Under the pieces are notes generated by a model. It saw only the letters and a program-made list of their open reading frames with translations. It searched no databases and was not told where the DNA came from. From NCBI GenBank assembly GCA_963674965.2, contig CAXXFL010000006.1:1024001-1088000 (forward strand): a stretch of DNA of 64,000 bases. Direction: 5' to 3'. The stretch comes from a bacterium. Its GTDB lineage: Bacteria; RBG-13-61-14; DATKZS01. The position numbers were made by a program, and so were the translations under genes. Shown piece after piece: positions 37,900 to 47,194 of this stretch. Every line of letters begins with the position of its first letter. The stretch's first letter is position 1.

Positions 37900-39072
37900 T
37901 CAAGCGCAAGGTCCGGCCCCGTCGGCCGTCCGGACCAGCCAGGTCCGCCCTCTTCTTCCCGTCCGCTCGAGGTAGCGCTCAAGCAGCGGGCCGCCGAACC
38001 CGTCGGCCTTTTCCTTCTCGATGAGCGCGATCAGGCAGCCGCCCCATCCGGCGCCCAGGAGCCTGGTACCAAGGGCGCCCTTTGTCTCCATCACCATCGA
38101 GGCCAACTCGTCGATTTGGGGCGTCGAGTTCTCGTAGTCCTTGCTCGAGCTGGCCATGCCCTGGTTCAGAAGCTCGCCCAGCCTTTTCGAGTCGCCCTTT
38201 TTGGCGGCGTCGGCCGCGTCGCGGCACCTTCGGTTCTCGGAGAGCACGTGGCGGACGCGCCGGTAAAGGAGGTCGCCCAGGTCCTGGCGGGCCTTCTCGA
38301 TCATTTCCACGCTCGCGTCCCTTAAAGAGCGGACCTCAGGATAAAAAGCCTTGAGGACCTTGGCCGCGGCCTGGCACTCCTTCACCCGGTCGGGGTACTT
38401 CGAGTTGACCAGCTCCCGCCCCAGGTCGGAGTCGATGACCACAAGGGCGGCGTCATCAAAGGAAAGGGGGATGCTCTCGAACTCGAGAGACCGGCAATCG
38501 AGCAGCAGTACCTTGTCCTTCTCTCCCATGAAGACGGAGAACTGGTCCATGATCCCGCAGGGCATGCCCACGAAGTCGTTCTCGGCCCTCCGGCAGAGGT
38601 GGACTTTCTCCCACTTGGCAAGTTTATGGCCAAAGGCCAGCAGGGCGGCCTCGCAAACGGCGGCCTCGAGGGCGGCCGAGCTGGAGAGGTTGGCCCCGGC
38701 CGGGACCTCGCCGTGGACCACCAGGTCCAGCCCGGTAATGGGGACCTTGAGATCGACAAGCTCGCGGACCACGCCCTTGGCGTAATTGGCCCAGCCGTGG
38801 GCCTCGTCGCGGCGGAGCCGGTCCACGTGCACCCTCACCTCGCGGTCCTCGTTCATCGAGTAGAGGTTTACAACGCCGCTCCGGCGGGGACGGGCGGCGG
38901 CCATGACGTCCCGGTCGATGGCGGAGGCCAGGATGAAGCCCTCGTTGTAGTCGGTATGGGTACCCATGAGGTCAACCCTGCCGGGCGCCCGGGCGTAAAC
39001 CGAGTTTCCCTTGTCCCCGAAGCGGGAATGCATTTCCCGTGCGAGCAGCATTTTTCTTTCCAGTTCTTCCAT
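37900..39072 (-). CDS. galK: Galactokinase-like GHMP sugar kinase
   Basis: APGRVDLMGTHTDYNEG, VPAGANLSSSAA, GMPCGIMDQ, GAGWGGC. Confidence 0.8.
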   Translation of the reverse strand: MEELERKMLLAREMHSRFGDKGNSVYARAPGRVDLMGTHTDYNEGFILASAIDRDVMAAARPRRSGVVNLYSMNEDREVRVHVDRLRRDEAHGWANYAKGVVRELVDLKVPITGLDLVVHGEVPAGANLSSSAALEAAVCEAALLAFGHKLAKWEKVHLCRRAENDFVGMPCGIMDQFSVFMGEKDKVLLLDCRSLEFESIPLSFDDAALVVIDSDLGRELVNSKYPDRVKECQAAAKVLKAFYPEVRSLRDASVEMIEKARQDLGDLLYRRVRHVLSENRRCRDAADAAKKGDSKRLGELLNQGMASSSKDYENSTPQIDELASMVMETKGALGTRLLGAGWGGCLIALIEKEKADGFGGPLLERYLERTGRRGRTWLVRTADGAGPCA

Positions 39073-39093
39073 CGGCTTCTCCAGTTTGACGGC

Positions 39094-40005
39094 TTAGTAA
39101 GTCCGGGCGACCCAGCCCGTAAGGTCCCTCTTCAGCAGCTCGGACATAAGCCCGACCTCCTCGGCGAAGGTTTCCGAAAGGCTCGTCTCCAGTTCGCGGC
39201 CGATCGACGCCCGGGCCACTTCCTTTTTATTCATCCTCTCGAGGGTCCCGCCAATACTGGCGGAACCGGGCATGAGTTTCCTCTTGGCCCGGATGACGGA
39301 CCTCGGCGTTCTTTTCAGGGCCTTCTCCAGCAGCCTCGACCTCACCTTGCGGTTGGGGTTCACCACCTTGAACGCCGGCCTATGGGTCGGGTCCGCCCCT
39401 AAAAACTCGCAGGTCTCGACGTAAGTCCTTTCCGGAAAGTCGCGCAGGTCGTCATGCACGATTACCCTCACCCTCTCCGGCCCCAGGACCTCGAGGTACC
39501 TTCTCACCCGGCCGGACAGCCGGGCGGCCTCGGTGTAAAGCAAAGGCCCGAAGGCCGCGCCCGCCGCTATAACGGCCTCTTTTCTCTTGGCCTCCATGGC
39601 GAGGGCCTCGGAAAAATCCTCGATGGTCTCGAGTCCGTCCAAAACCATCCTCGCGTGCAGGGAATGGACCATATCGACGGGGTCCCTGATCATGATAATG
39701 ACTTTGACGGCGGGATTGAAATCATTCATCAACGCGGGGGCCCTCTCCGAGTACACGTGCCACACGGAGGTCTCCCCCTTGATCCGGCCTTGCCCGGCCC
39801 CTTCCATGAACGGCCGAAAGGGGTCGCCGCCGGGCTCCCTTCTATCGAGGAAGGCGAGGTCGGGCGCGAAGAAATGAGTGCCCTTTACCGGGACCATGAA
39901 GACGCTGGGGTTCATGGCCAGGTACTGGCTCATGGCGGTGGTCCCGCATCTGGGGGCCCCGACCAGGTGGAAGTCGGGCTTTATGGGACCGGTCATCTGG
40001 TTCAC
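39094..40005 (-). CDS. PAPS-dependent sulfotransferase
   Basis: 5'-PSB loop GAPRCGTTAM, 3'-PB motif IRDPVD..S, GETSVWHVYS. Confidence 0.85.
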   Translation of the reverse strand: MNQMTGPIKPDFHLVGAPRCGTTAMSQYLAMNPSVFMVPVKGTHFFAPDLAFLDRREPGGDPFRPFMEGAGQGRIKGETSVWHVYSERAPALMNDFNPAVKVIIMIRDPVDMVHSLHARMVLDGLETIEDFSEALAMEAKRKEAVIAAGAAFGPLLYTEAARLSGRVRRYLEVLGPERVRVIVHDDLRDFPERTYVETCEFLGADPTHRPAFKVVNPNRKVRSRLLEKALKRTPRSVIRAKRKLMPGSASIGGTLERMNKKEVARASIGRELETSLSETFAEEVGLMSELLKRDLTGWVARTY

Positions 40006-40511
40006 GCCTCGCGGCGGGCGGGCCGGGACTCGGGGTCCTTGCCCGGATAGGAGAAGGTGACGGCGTACTTGAAACGCCTGGACTCCTCGTCGTGGAAGAG
40101 CTCGCCGCCGACCTCGATCCAGCTATGGCCCACCAGGTCCCCCTCCCCGTTCTTTCTCACGCCCAGCTTGAACTCGGCCGCAATGCCGCGAAGCCGCAGG
40201 AAACGATAAGTTACCAGGCTCCTTTTCAGGCACATCTTGCCCATGTTGTCGGGATTTTCCCGAAGTATCCTGGTGGCGTAGGCGTGGATCAGGTCTCCCT
40301 TTTCCCGGAGCGTCTCGGCGTGTTCCTCGCCGTCGGGGCCGAGCGTCCGAGTACCGGGCGTAATCAGCCTCATCAGAGCCGTCATGGACATGTACTTGAG
40401 AAGGATGGGCATGATATACAGCCAAAACCCTATCCTAAAAAAAAGGACAAGATGGCCCGGGGTGGGAAACCACTCCCTCATCCTCTCCAGCGACAAGGCG
40501 TCCCCATTCAT
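40002..40511 (-). CDS. Lasso-peptide B2-type (transglutaminase-like) cysteine peptidase
   Basis: CLKRSL..LGVRK..GHSWIE catalytic Cys/His motif; 169 aa. Confidence 0.8.
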   Translation of the reverse strand: MNGDALSLERMREWFPTPGHLVLFFRIGFWLYIMPILLKYMSMTALMRLITPGTRTLGPDGEEHAETLREKGDLIHAYATRILRENPDNMGKMCLKRSLVTYRFLRLRGIAAEFKLGVRKNGEGDLVGHSWIEVGGELFHDEESRRFKYAVTFSYPGKDPESRPARREA

Positions 40512-40513
40512 GC

Positions 40514-42055
40514 TTAGAGGGGGAAGAAACCCGGGTCCACGCGGGGAAAGGCCGCGGGGGTCCTGTTCGCGTAGCCGTCGGCAATGAACTCGAGGCGCTC
40601 CCCCGTCACGGGAAGGTAATCGCTCAGCTCGATATACATAATGTCGACTTTATTGGAGTTGGTGAACTGGTCGAACCACATGACGGTACCGTCCCGGTTA
40701 AACGCGGGGAACGACGCTGGCCCCTGGCCGAAAAAGGTTATCTTGTCGTAGCTCGGGAAGGTGGGCAGCGAGCTCGCCGCCAGTATCTCGTCGAAGTCGA
40801 TCATGGCCAGTCCGCGATAGAGCTGGTACCAGACCCAGTTCCCGCTCACCTTGTACCTTTTCAGGTACACGCAGTCCACGCAGGCGTGTCTCGAGTCGGG
40901 GGCCCAGAAGAAGTCGGTGATCTTGAACTGGACCCACCTGCCGTCCACGTCGCTGATGGTGTCGTCGTTCTTGACGAAGGTCACGAGGGGCCCCAGGGAG
41001 TCCCCGGTGAAGGGGTCCATGGGGGCTATGTTCCATTGCCAGGCGCCGGCCGCGTCGTCGTTTTGTCCCTCCACCACCAGGTACCTGCCGTCGGGGGACC
41101 ACCTGGGAAGCTTGGCGTATCCGTCCCGGTAATCGTCTCCCGAGAAGAGCAGTTCATATTCGTCGGCCACCATGTCGTAAAGAAAAATGCCCCCGCTCGT
41201 GGAAACCTCGTCCAGCCAGCCGTGAAAGATCAGGCGTTGGCCGGTGGGGTTAAAGGTCGGACCGCCGGCGCTCCTCATGTTTTTGGATACCCGGGTCAGG
41301 TTCGAGCCGTCGGGGTGCACGATAAAGACCTGCTGCTTATGCAGGGCCGGCGGCCCTTCCGTTATGGTCGAGCCCCTCTCCATGGCGATCCACTCTCCGC
41401 CGGGGGACCACACGGGCAGGACGTTGGCGTCGGGCGAGTCCCGGGTGACCGCGTACCTGTCGCTTCCGTCTCTTCTGACCGTGTAGATTTCGCTTTTGAG
41501 GCTATCCTCGGGGTCGGCCCTGTTCGAGCTGTAGGCGAAGCGGGGGGTTATCTCCATGAAGTCGAGATAGAGCGTATAGCCGTTCTCGTTGAGGACGTCG
41601 ACCTCGAGGACTATGGTCTTGGCCGCCCCAGCCGAGCATGGACCCATAACGAAGATGGGATACCCCATCGAGTTTTCCCTCACCTGGGGCGGGGTGAGAA
41701 GCTCGGCCCCCGAGTTGGTCTCGACCGTGTACCACATAAGGTCAACGTCGCTCGCGGCAACGGACTTCACCTGGAGCGTGACCGAGCCGCCGTCCGGGCT
41801 CACGAAGGCCTTGGAGATTTGCAGCATCTGGTTGGCGCGATAGGCTTCCACGCCGGGGTAAGGAATAAGCCAGCCGCCGCCCCGGTTGGCGCCCGAGACG
41901 TCCACCTCGTAGCCCCCGTCCGCGGCCCGCACCTTGATCACGAAGGGGATGACGCCCGCGTTGACGTCTCCCTCTCCACTCTGGCCGCAGCCGGCGAGGA
42001 CCGTAGCCAGGGCCGCGGCCGTCGCCAATATCGAAAGCTTTAAGCGGGAAAACAT
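40514..42055 (-). CDS. Lipoprotein with TolB-like (PD40) beta-propeller
   Basis: Lipobox LAGC; repeats PVWSPGG, PTFNPTG, PRWSPDG, WAPDS, PAFNRDG. Confidence 0.75.
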   Translation of the reverse strand: MFSRLKLSILATAAALATVLAGCGQSGEGDVNAGVIPFVIKVRAADGGYEVDVSGANRGGGWLIPYPGVEAYRANQMLQISKAFVSPDGGSVTLQVKSVAASDVDLMWYTVETNSGAELLTPPQVRENSMGYPIFVMGPCSAGAAKTIVLEVDVLNENGYTLYLDFMEITPRFAYSSNRADPEDSLKSEIYTVRRDGSDRYAVTRDSPDANVLPVWSPGGEWIAMERGSTITEGPPALHKQQVFIVHPDGSNLTRVSKNMRSAGGPTFNPTGQRLIFHGWLDEVSTSGGIFLYDMVADEYELLFSGDDYRDGYAKLPRWSPDGRYLVVEGQNDDAAGAWQWNIAPMDPFTGDSLGPLVTFVKNDDTISDVDGRWVQFKITDFFWAPDSRHACVDCVYLKRYKVSGNWVWYQLYRGLAMIDFDEILAASSLPTFPSYDKITFFGQGPASFPAFNRDGTVMWFDQFTNSNKVDIMYIELSDYLPVTGERLEFIADGYANRTPAAFPRVDPGFFPL

Positions 42056-42262
42056 TCGAGCCTCCTTCGCCGGAAACTTGGGGGGCTGCCCCGGACTTCC
42101 GGCCGGTCGCCAATGCCCATAAACGCGAAACCCCGTGCCCCTGAAGCGGGACCGAGCATAATTCTAGACAACCGCCCGGCCCATTACAACCCGTCTGATT
42201 TTATAATATTGATTTTTACGGCAATAGACAAGGGGAAAATTGTCCAGCGGGAGTAGATTTGT

Positions 42263-44080
42263 TCAATCGAGGGGGAACTCCTCGCGCCACTTTTCGTCTT
42301 CCTCCCACTCGGGCTGCATGGCCTTGTCGAGCAGGAAGGGACCCATGACCAGGTAGTCCATCCTGGTGCGCATGAAGCAGCGATAGGCGTGCTCGGGAGA
42401 GCAGACGATGGGCTCGCCCCGCACGTTGAAACTGGTGTTGATGATGACCGGGCACCCGGTCTTTTGCTCGAAGGCCTTGATCATGGCGTGGTAAAGGGGA
42501 TTGTCCGCCGAGTTGACCGTCTGCAGGCGAGCGGAGTAGTCCACGTGGGTAATGGCGGGGACCTCGCTCCTTATCTCCCGGACCTTCTCGACCCCCTTGG
42601 CGCCGTCTTGTTTGGGCTCCTTGCGGAGTTCCTCCCTGACCGGGGCCGTGAGAAGCATGAAAGGGCTCTCGCGGTCGATCTCGAAGTAGTCGCCCGCCCG
42701 CTCGGCTAGCACGGTGGGGGCGAAGGGGCGGAAGGACTCCCGGAACTTGATCTTCAGGTTCATCACCGTCTGCATGTCCGGGCTTCTGGCGTCTCCGATT
42801 ATCGATCGGGACCCCAGGGCGCGGGGACCGAACTCCATCCTCCCCTGAAACCAGCCCACCACCTTTTCCGAGGCGATGAGGTCGGCGGCCTTCCTTGCCA
42901 CCTCGTCCTTTTCCAACCTGGCGTAGGGGATCGAGTTTTCCTTCAGGTATGACTCGATGGACTCTTCCGTGAAAAGGGGCCCCAGGTATGAGGCGCTCTG
43001 TCCGTCCCGTCCTCCCTCCCTCGGGGTCCGCTCGTTGCCCAGGTACTGGTACCAGGAGAAAAGGGCCGCGCCCAGGGCTCCTCCCGCGTCGCCCGCCGCC
43101 GGCTGAATCCAGATATCCTCGAAGGGGCCCTCCCTAAGAATCTTTCCGTTGCTGACGCAGTTGAGGGCCACGCCTCCGGCCAGGCAGAGCTTTTTCATGC
43201 CCGTCACTTTTTGGACGTGACGCGCCATCTTGAGCATGATCTCCTCGGTCACCACCTGGACCGACCGGGCCATGTCCATCTCTCGCTGAGTGATCCTGGT
43301 CTCGGGCTTTCTGGGAGGGCCGCCGAAAAGCCCCGCGAACTTGTCGTTGGTCATGGTAAGCCCGACCATGTAGTTGAAGTAATCCAGGTCGAGCTTGAAC
43401 GACCCGTCGTCCTTGATATCTATCAGCTTGTCCTTGATCAGGTCCACGTACTTGGGCTCGCCGTAGGGGGCCAGGCCCATAAGCTTGTACTCGCCCGAGT
43501 TGACCTTGAAGCCCGTGAAGTAGGTAAAGGCCGAGTAGAGAAGACCCAGGGAGTGAGGAAAACGGATTTCCTTTAACAGCTCGATTTTATTGCCCGCGCC
43601 CCGGCCGAAGCTGGTGGTCGTCCATTCCCCCACCCCGTCCACGGTGATGATGGCCGCCTCCGAAAAGGGCGACGGGAAAAAGGCGCTGGCCGCGTGGGAC
43701 TGGTGATGCTCGGGAAAAAGCATGTTGGTCTCGTGGCCCAACTCTTTATGGATAATGTCCTTGAGCCAGAGCTTTCGTCCCATCCACTCGGGTATGCCGA
43801 TCATGAACGAGCGAAGGCCCCGGGGCGCGTAGGCCAGGTAGGTCTTGAGGATGCGCTCGAACTTGACGAAGGGCTTGTCGTAGAAGGCCACGTAATCGAC
43901 CTGATCGGCCTTGAGTCCCGCTTCCCCCAGGCAGTACTCGACGGCCAGGGAGGGGAACTCGGGGTCGTGCTTCTTTCTCGAGAAGCGCTCCTCCTGGGCG
44001 GCGGCCACGACCTTGCCGTCCACCACGAGACAGGCCGCGGAGTCATGGTAAAAAGCCGATATGCCCAATATGGAAGTCAT
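42263..44080 (-). CDS. Carbamoyltransferase (NodU/CmcH/TobZ family)
   Basis: ILGISAFYHDSAA, QEERF, HHQSHAASAF, DGVGE, GEYKLMGLAPYG, AGGVALNC, EFGPRALG, NTSFN. Confidence 0.93.
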   Translation of the reverse strand: MTSILGISAFYHDSAACLVVDGKVVAAAQEERFSRKKHDPEFPSLAVEYCLGEAGLKADQVDYVAFYDKPFVKFERILKTYLAYAPRGLRSFMIGIPEWMGRKLWLKDIIHKELGHETNMLFPEHHQSHAASAFFPSPFSEAAIITVDGVGEWTTTSFGRGAGNKIELLKEIRFPHSLGLLYSAFTYFTGFKVNSGEYKLMGLAPYGEPKYVDLIKDKLIDIKDDGSFKLDLDYFNYMVGLTMTNDKFAGLFGGPPRKPETRITQREMDMARSVQVVTEEIMLKMARHVQKVTGMKKLCLAGGVALNCVSNGKILREGPFEDIWIQPAAGDAGGALGAALFSWYQYLGNERTPREGGRDGQSASYLGPLFTEESIESYLKENSIPYARLEKDEVARKAADLIASEKVVGWFQGRMEFGPRALGSRSIIGDARSPDMQTVMNLKIKFRESFRPFAPTVLAERAGDYFEIDRESPFMLLTAPVREELRKEPKQDGAKGVEKVREIRSEVPAITHVDYSARLQTVNSADNPLYHAMIKAFEQKTGCPVIINTSFNVRGEPIVCSPEHAYRCFMRTRMDYLVMGPFLLDKAMQPEWEEDEKWREEFPLD

Positions 44081-44188
44081 CTTTTCGCCCCTCCCCAATA
44101 AGGAGGCTATATGCATTTCCGGCCGGACGCAAGAACGGAGGGTCCATTGCCGTCCCTCCGGAATCCTGGCCGTCCGAGAGGGTCCAGG

Positions 44189-45490
44189 TCAGTCCTCGGG
44201 CCCGATATACCCCTGGTAGCGGCCCATCCAGTAGGCCGACAGATAATCGACGCCCGGGAAGACGATGTTCCAGTCGGGGAACTTCTGGCACCTTGGCTTG
44301 TAAGGCGAGCGTTGCCACAGGAAATCCGTCGAGCACTGTTCCTCGATGGGCCTTGGTTCCCTGGTGGCCTTGCTGAAAAACCTCGTCACTGAAAGGACCA
44401 CCGAGTACGGGTCCAGCCTCTTCTTGGGGATGGTCCTGTATACCCACTCGTTGGGGGCCTCGGGCATAAGGGCCAATACATGCTTGTCCCGGGCGATCGT
44501 CTCGGGACTTTCCTCCCCGGTTATGGACATGTAAACGTAGTCGAAGAAGACGTTGTCCGTGTTCTTCACCGAAGGCCAGACCAGGCGCTTGAAAGAGTTG
44601 ACGTACCTTTGCCTGGCGGTGGGTGAAGGCTCGAGGCGGGCGATATTGTAGGCGTTCCGGAAATGGAAGATGATCGCGTAGTAGTCGTAATACTTGTGGT
44701 TTCTCACCTCGAGATAGGCGAGGTTCGAGAAGGGGCCGTAAAAGTCGGCGATCCTGCGGTAGCGGTCCCAGTATTGTTGCTCATCGATTATGTGGGCCGC
44801 CGTCAGGTACCAACCGAGCATGAAGCTCGAGCTCATGTAAATGGGGCCTGCGGTGGTGACTATTCCGTCCACGTCGGTTATGTTATGTCCTTGTTTATAG
44901 AGGGCGTCAATGACTTCCCTCACGTCGGCCTTGATGGTGGCCCGCGTCTCCTCGTCGTCCACCAGGTCGTAGGCTATGGCCATGCCGTAAAAATAACCGT
45001 CGTACTGGTCGCGGCTGGTGTCGCCCAAATAGTAATAGCCGTCATAAGTCCCGCCGTCGACAAGCCTGCACATCTTTATCTTCTTGCATTCCTCCCTCGA
45101 CGGTATGAAGGGCGGCTTGGCCGGCGCGGCGTAGCGGGCGACAAATCCTTTCCGGCCCGTTATCCGGAGGTGATGATGGAGGGTCTGGACCGCATTAATG
45201 GCGTTTTGTTTGGCCTCCTCCTCCCCGGTGACCGCGTAGCGCTGGGCTTGGGAGGCAAGGTACATCCCAGTGAAAATGGTCGAGTCGCCCTGGCCCTGGT
45301 ACTCGAGGGGAATGGTCAAGGCCTCGTCCTCGAACCTTACCTTGACCGTTCCGCCCAGGCCCGGGCGATGGTACTTAACGTAATGGGCGTCGTAAGCCCT
45401 GGCCTTATTAAGTAGCTCGCCGTCCGCTGGACGCGCCAGGCTGGGCGCCAGCAATATCAACGCGGCCAAAAAAGGGAAGTGTCTTTTCAA
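44189..45490 (-). CDS. Secreted hypothetical protein (possible alpha/alpha-barrel)
   Basis: Signal peptide; motifs GDSTIFTGMYLASQ..RYAVTG, GDTSRDQY, DYL.AYWMGRY; no function recognised. Confidence 0.65.
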   Translation of the reverse strand: MKRHFPFLAALILLAPSLARPADGELLNKARAYDAHYVKYHRPGLGGTVKVRFEDEALTIPLEYQGQGDSTIFTGMYLASQAQRYAVTGEEEAKQNAINAVQTLHHHLRITGRKGFVARYAAPAKPPFIPSREECKKIKMCRLVDGGTYDGYYYLGDTSRDQYDGYFYGMAIAYDLVDDEETRATIKADVREVIDALYKQGHNITDVDGIVTTAGPIYMSSSFMLGWYLTAAHIIDEQQYWDRYRRIADFYGPFSNLAYLEVRNHKYYDYYAIIFHFRNAYNIARLEPSPTARQRYVNSFKRLVWPSVKNTDNVFFDYVYMSITGEESPETIARDKHVLALMPEAPNEWVYRTIPKKRLDPYSVVLSVTRFFSKATREPRPIEEQCSTDFLWQRSPYKPRCQKFPDWNIVFPGVDYLSAYWMGRYQGYIGPED

Positions 45491-45665
45491 TTCAAGCCTC
45501 CCGCGCTCGCGGCGCGAAGAATTTGAGGCCGGTCCGGAATATGCGCCGGCCTTGAAACAGGCTATTTCAAATCCCTTGTCTTTTCAAACCCGCGGCCCGG
45601 GCCGCGGCCGCCAAGGAGCGGGAGGAAGTATTGTCGCTCCGGATGAACCCCGCCGGGCGCTCGTT

Positions 45666-45696
45666 AAAAAACCGGGGACCATAAAGCCCCCGGTTT
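45666..45696 (-). terminator. Intrinsic terminator of the thiolase gene
   Basis: AAACCGGGG/CCCCGGTTT stem followed by a T-run on the minus strand. Confidence 0.6.
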
Positions 45697-45717
45697 GGGT
45701 TCGCGCAAGGGCCGGCG

Positions 45718-46902
45718 TCAGTTGGTCACTCTCTCGACGACCATGGCGTGGGACATGCCCAGGGCCGCGCAGAGGGTGATAAGCCCGTACTTGGCGTCGC
45801 GTCTTTCCAACTCGTTTATCATGGTGGCCAGGAGGATCCCACCCGTAGAGCCCAGGGGATGGCCCAGGGCCACGGCGCCGCCGTTGACGTTGATCTTTTC
45901 CTTGGGTATGCCCAGGGTCTTCATCCAGGCCACGGGCACGCAGGCGAAGGCCTCGTTGATCTCGAACAGGTCGATGTCGTCCTTGGTGAGTCCGGCCCGC
46001 TTGAGGGCCAGCTCGGTGGCGGGTATGACGCCGTCGAGCATCTCGCGGGGCACGACCCCGTGGTTGGCGTTCGAGAGGCAACGCGCGCGCTTCTTGAGCC
46101 CGAATTCCTCGACCAGGCCGCCCGAGGCCCAAAGGGCCATGGAGGCCCCGTCACAAATGCCCGAGGCGTTGCCGGCGTGGATCATGCCGCCGGGCTTGAA
46201 GGGGCGGGGCAACTTGGCCAGCTTCTCGACCGTGCTGTCGGGCTTTATGTGCGTGTCCCTGTCGATCACCTGCTCCTTGCCCTCGGCGTCCTTGTAGGTG
46301 ATGGGAATGATTTCGTCCTTGAACTTGCCCGCCTCGGTGGCGGCGTGGGCCTTCTGCTGGCTCCACACGGAGAACTCGTCGATCTCCTCCTGGCTGAGCT
46401 TGTACTTTTCGCAGATGATCTCCGCCGCCTGGCCCTGCGAGTTCATGGGGTGTTTCCTCATCATCTCGGGGGGAAAGGGCAGCCTCTTGTAGTCGATGTC
46501 CGAGTTGATGGGGCACATGTTCATGTGCTCGCCGCCGCCGGCCATGGCGCAGTCCACGTCGCCCACGATGATGCTGGCGTTGGCAAAGGCGCTGGCCTGG
46601 ATGGCGCCGGAGCAGTACCTGTTCAGATGCACGCCCGAGGTGGTGGGAGGCAGGTTCGAGGCCAGGACCACGTTCCTGGCCACGTCGGTGGCCTGCTCCT
46701 TGCAAATGGTGGCGGTCGAGTAGATGACGTCCTCCACCTTCTCCGGGGGCAGGGTGGGGTTCCTCTCGAGCAGAGCGTTGACCAGGATGGCGCCCATGGA
46801 GACGGGATGAGTCTTGGCCAGCTCTCCCTCGATGTTCTTCTTGGGTTTGGACTGTTTTCCGCGAGCCGTTCGAACGGCGTCAACCAGATATGATTCTTGC
46901 AT
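45718..46902 (-). CDS. Acetyl-CoA acyltransferase (thiolase)
   Basis: NRYCSG catalytic Cys, FEINEAFA, VNGGAVALGHPLG, LCAALG. Confidence 0.93.
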   Translation of the reverse strand: MQESYLVDAVRTARGKQSKPKKNIEGELAKTHPVSMGAILVNALLERNPTLPPEKVEDVIYSTATICKEQATDVARNVVLASNLPPTTSGVHLNRYCSGAIQASAFANASIIVGDVDCAMAGGGEHMNMCPINSDIDYKRLPFPPEMMRKHPMNSQGQAAEIICEKYKLSQEEIDEFSVWSQQKAHAATEAGKFKDEIIPITYKDAEGKEQVIDRDTHIKPDSTVEKLAKLPRPFKPGGMIHAGNASGICDGASMALWASGGLVEEFGLKKRARCLSNANHGVVPREMLDGVIPATELALKRAGLTKDDIDLFEINEAFACVPVAWMKTLGIPKEKINVNGGAVALGHPLGSTGGILLATMINELERRDAKYGLITLCAALGMSHAMVVERVTN

Positions 46903-46950
46903 TGTAATACTCCTTGTAAGATTTGGCGGCCGAATTCGCTTCCCAGCCGG

Positions 46951-46992
46951 ATAACGAGCGTTATCTTATAACGAGCGTTACGTCGTTGTCAA
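46951..46992 (-). promoter_or_regulatory. Thiolase promoter with tandem palindromic operators
   Basis: -35 TTGACA (46987-46992). Two copies of ATAACG-AG-CGTTA(T/C) at 46951-46964 and 46968-46981 overlap the -10/TSS region. Confidence 0.7.
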
Positions 46993-47194
46993 GACAATTC
47001 TTCCAACTCGATTATGTCTAAATATATCCAGGATAAACCGGACGCGAGGCACACGCCTAAATTGGACGCCAAACAATCTTTGGCAAAAAGCGGCCCTATT
47101 TCCCGTTACCATGTTCGATCCCCAGGTCTCTCACGCGCGCTCTCGGCGAGTCGATTTTGTTTTCCAGCGGTCATGTAAATATTATGTTGAAAGA

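Noticed and set aside
42056..42262. Lasso precursor peptide, or SxtJ-like small genes after the carbamoyltransferase
   Set aside because: No small ORF with an RBS and leader motif (YxxP..T-2) or TM character was found
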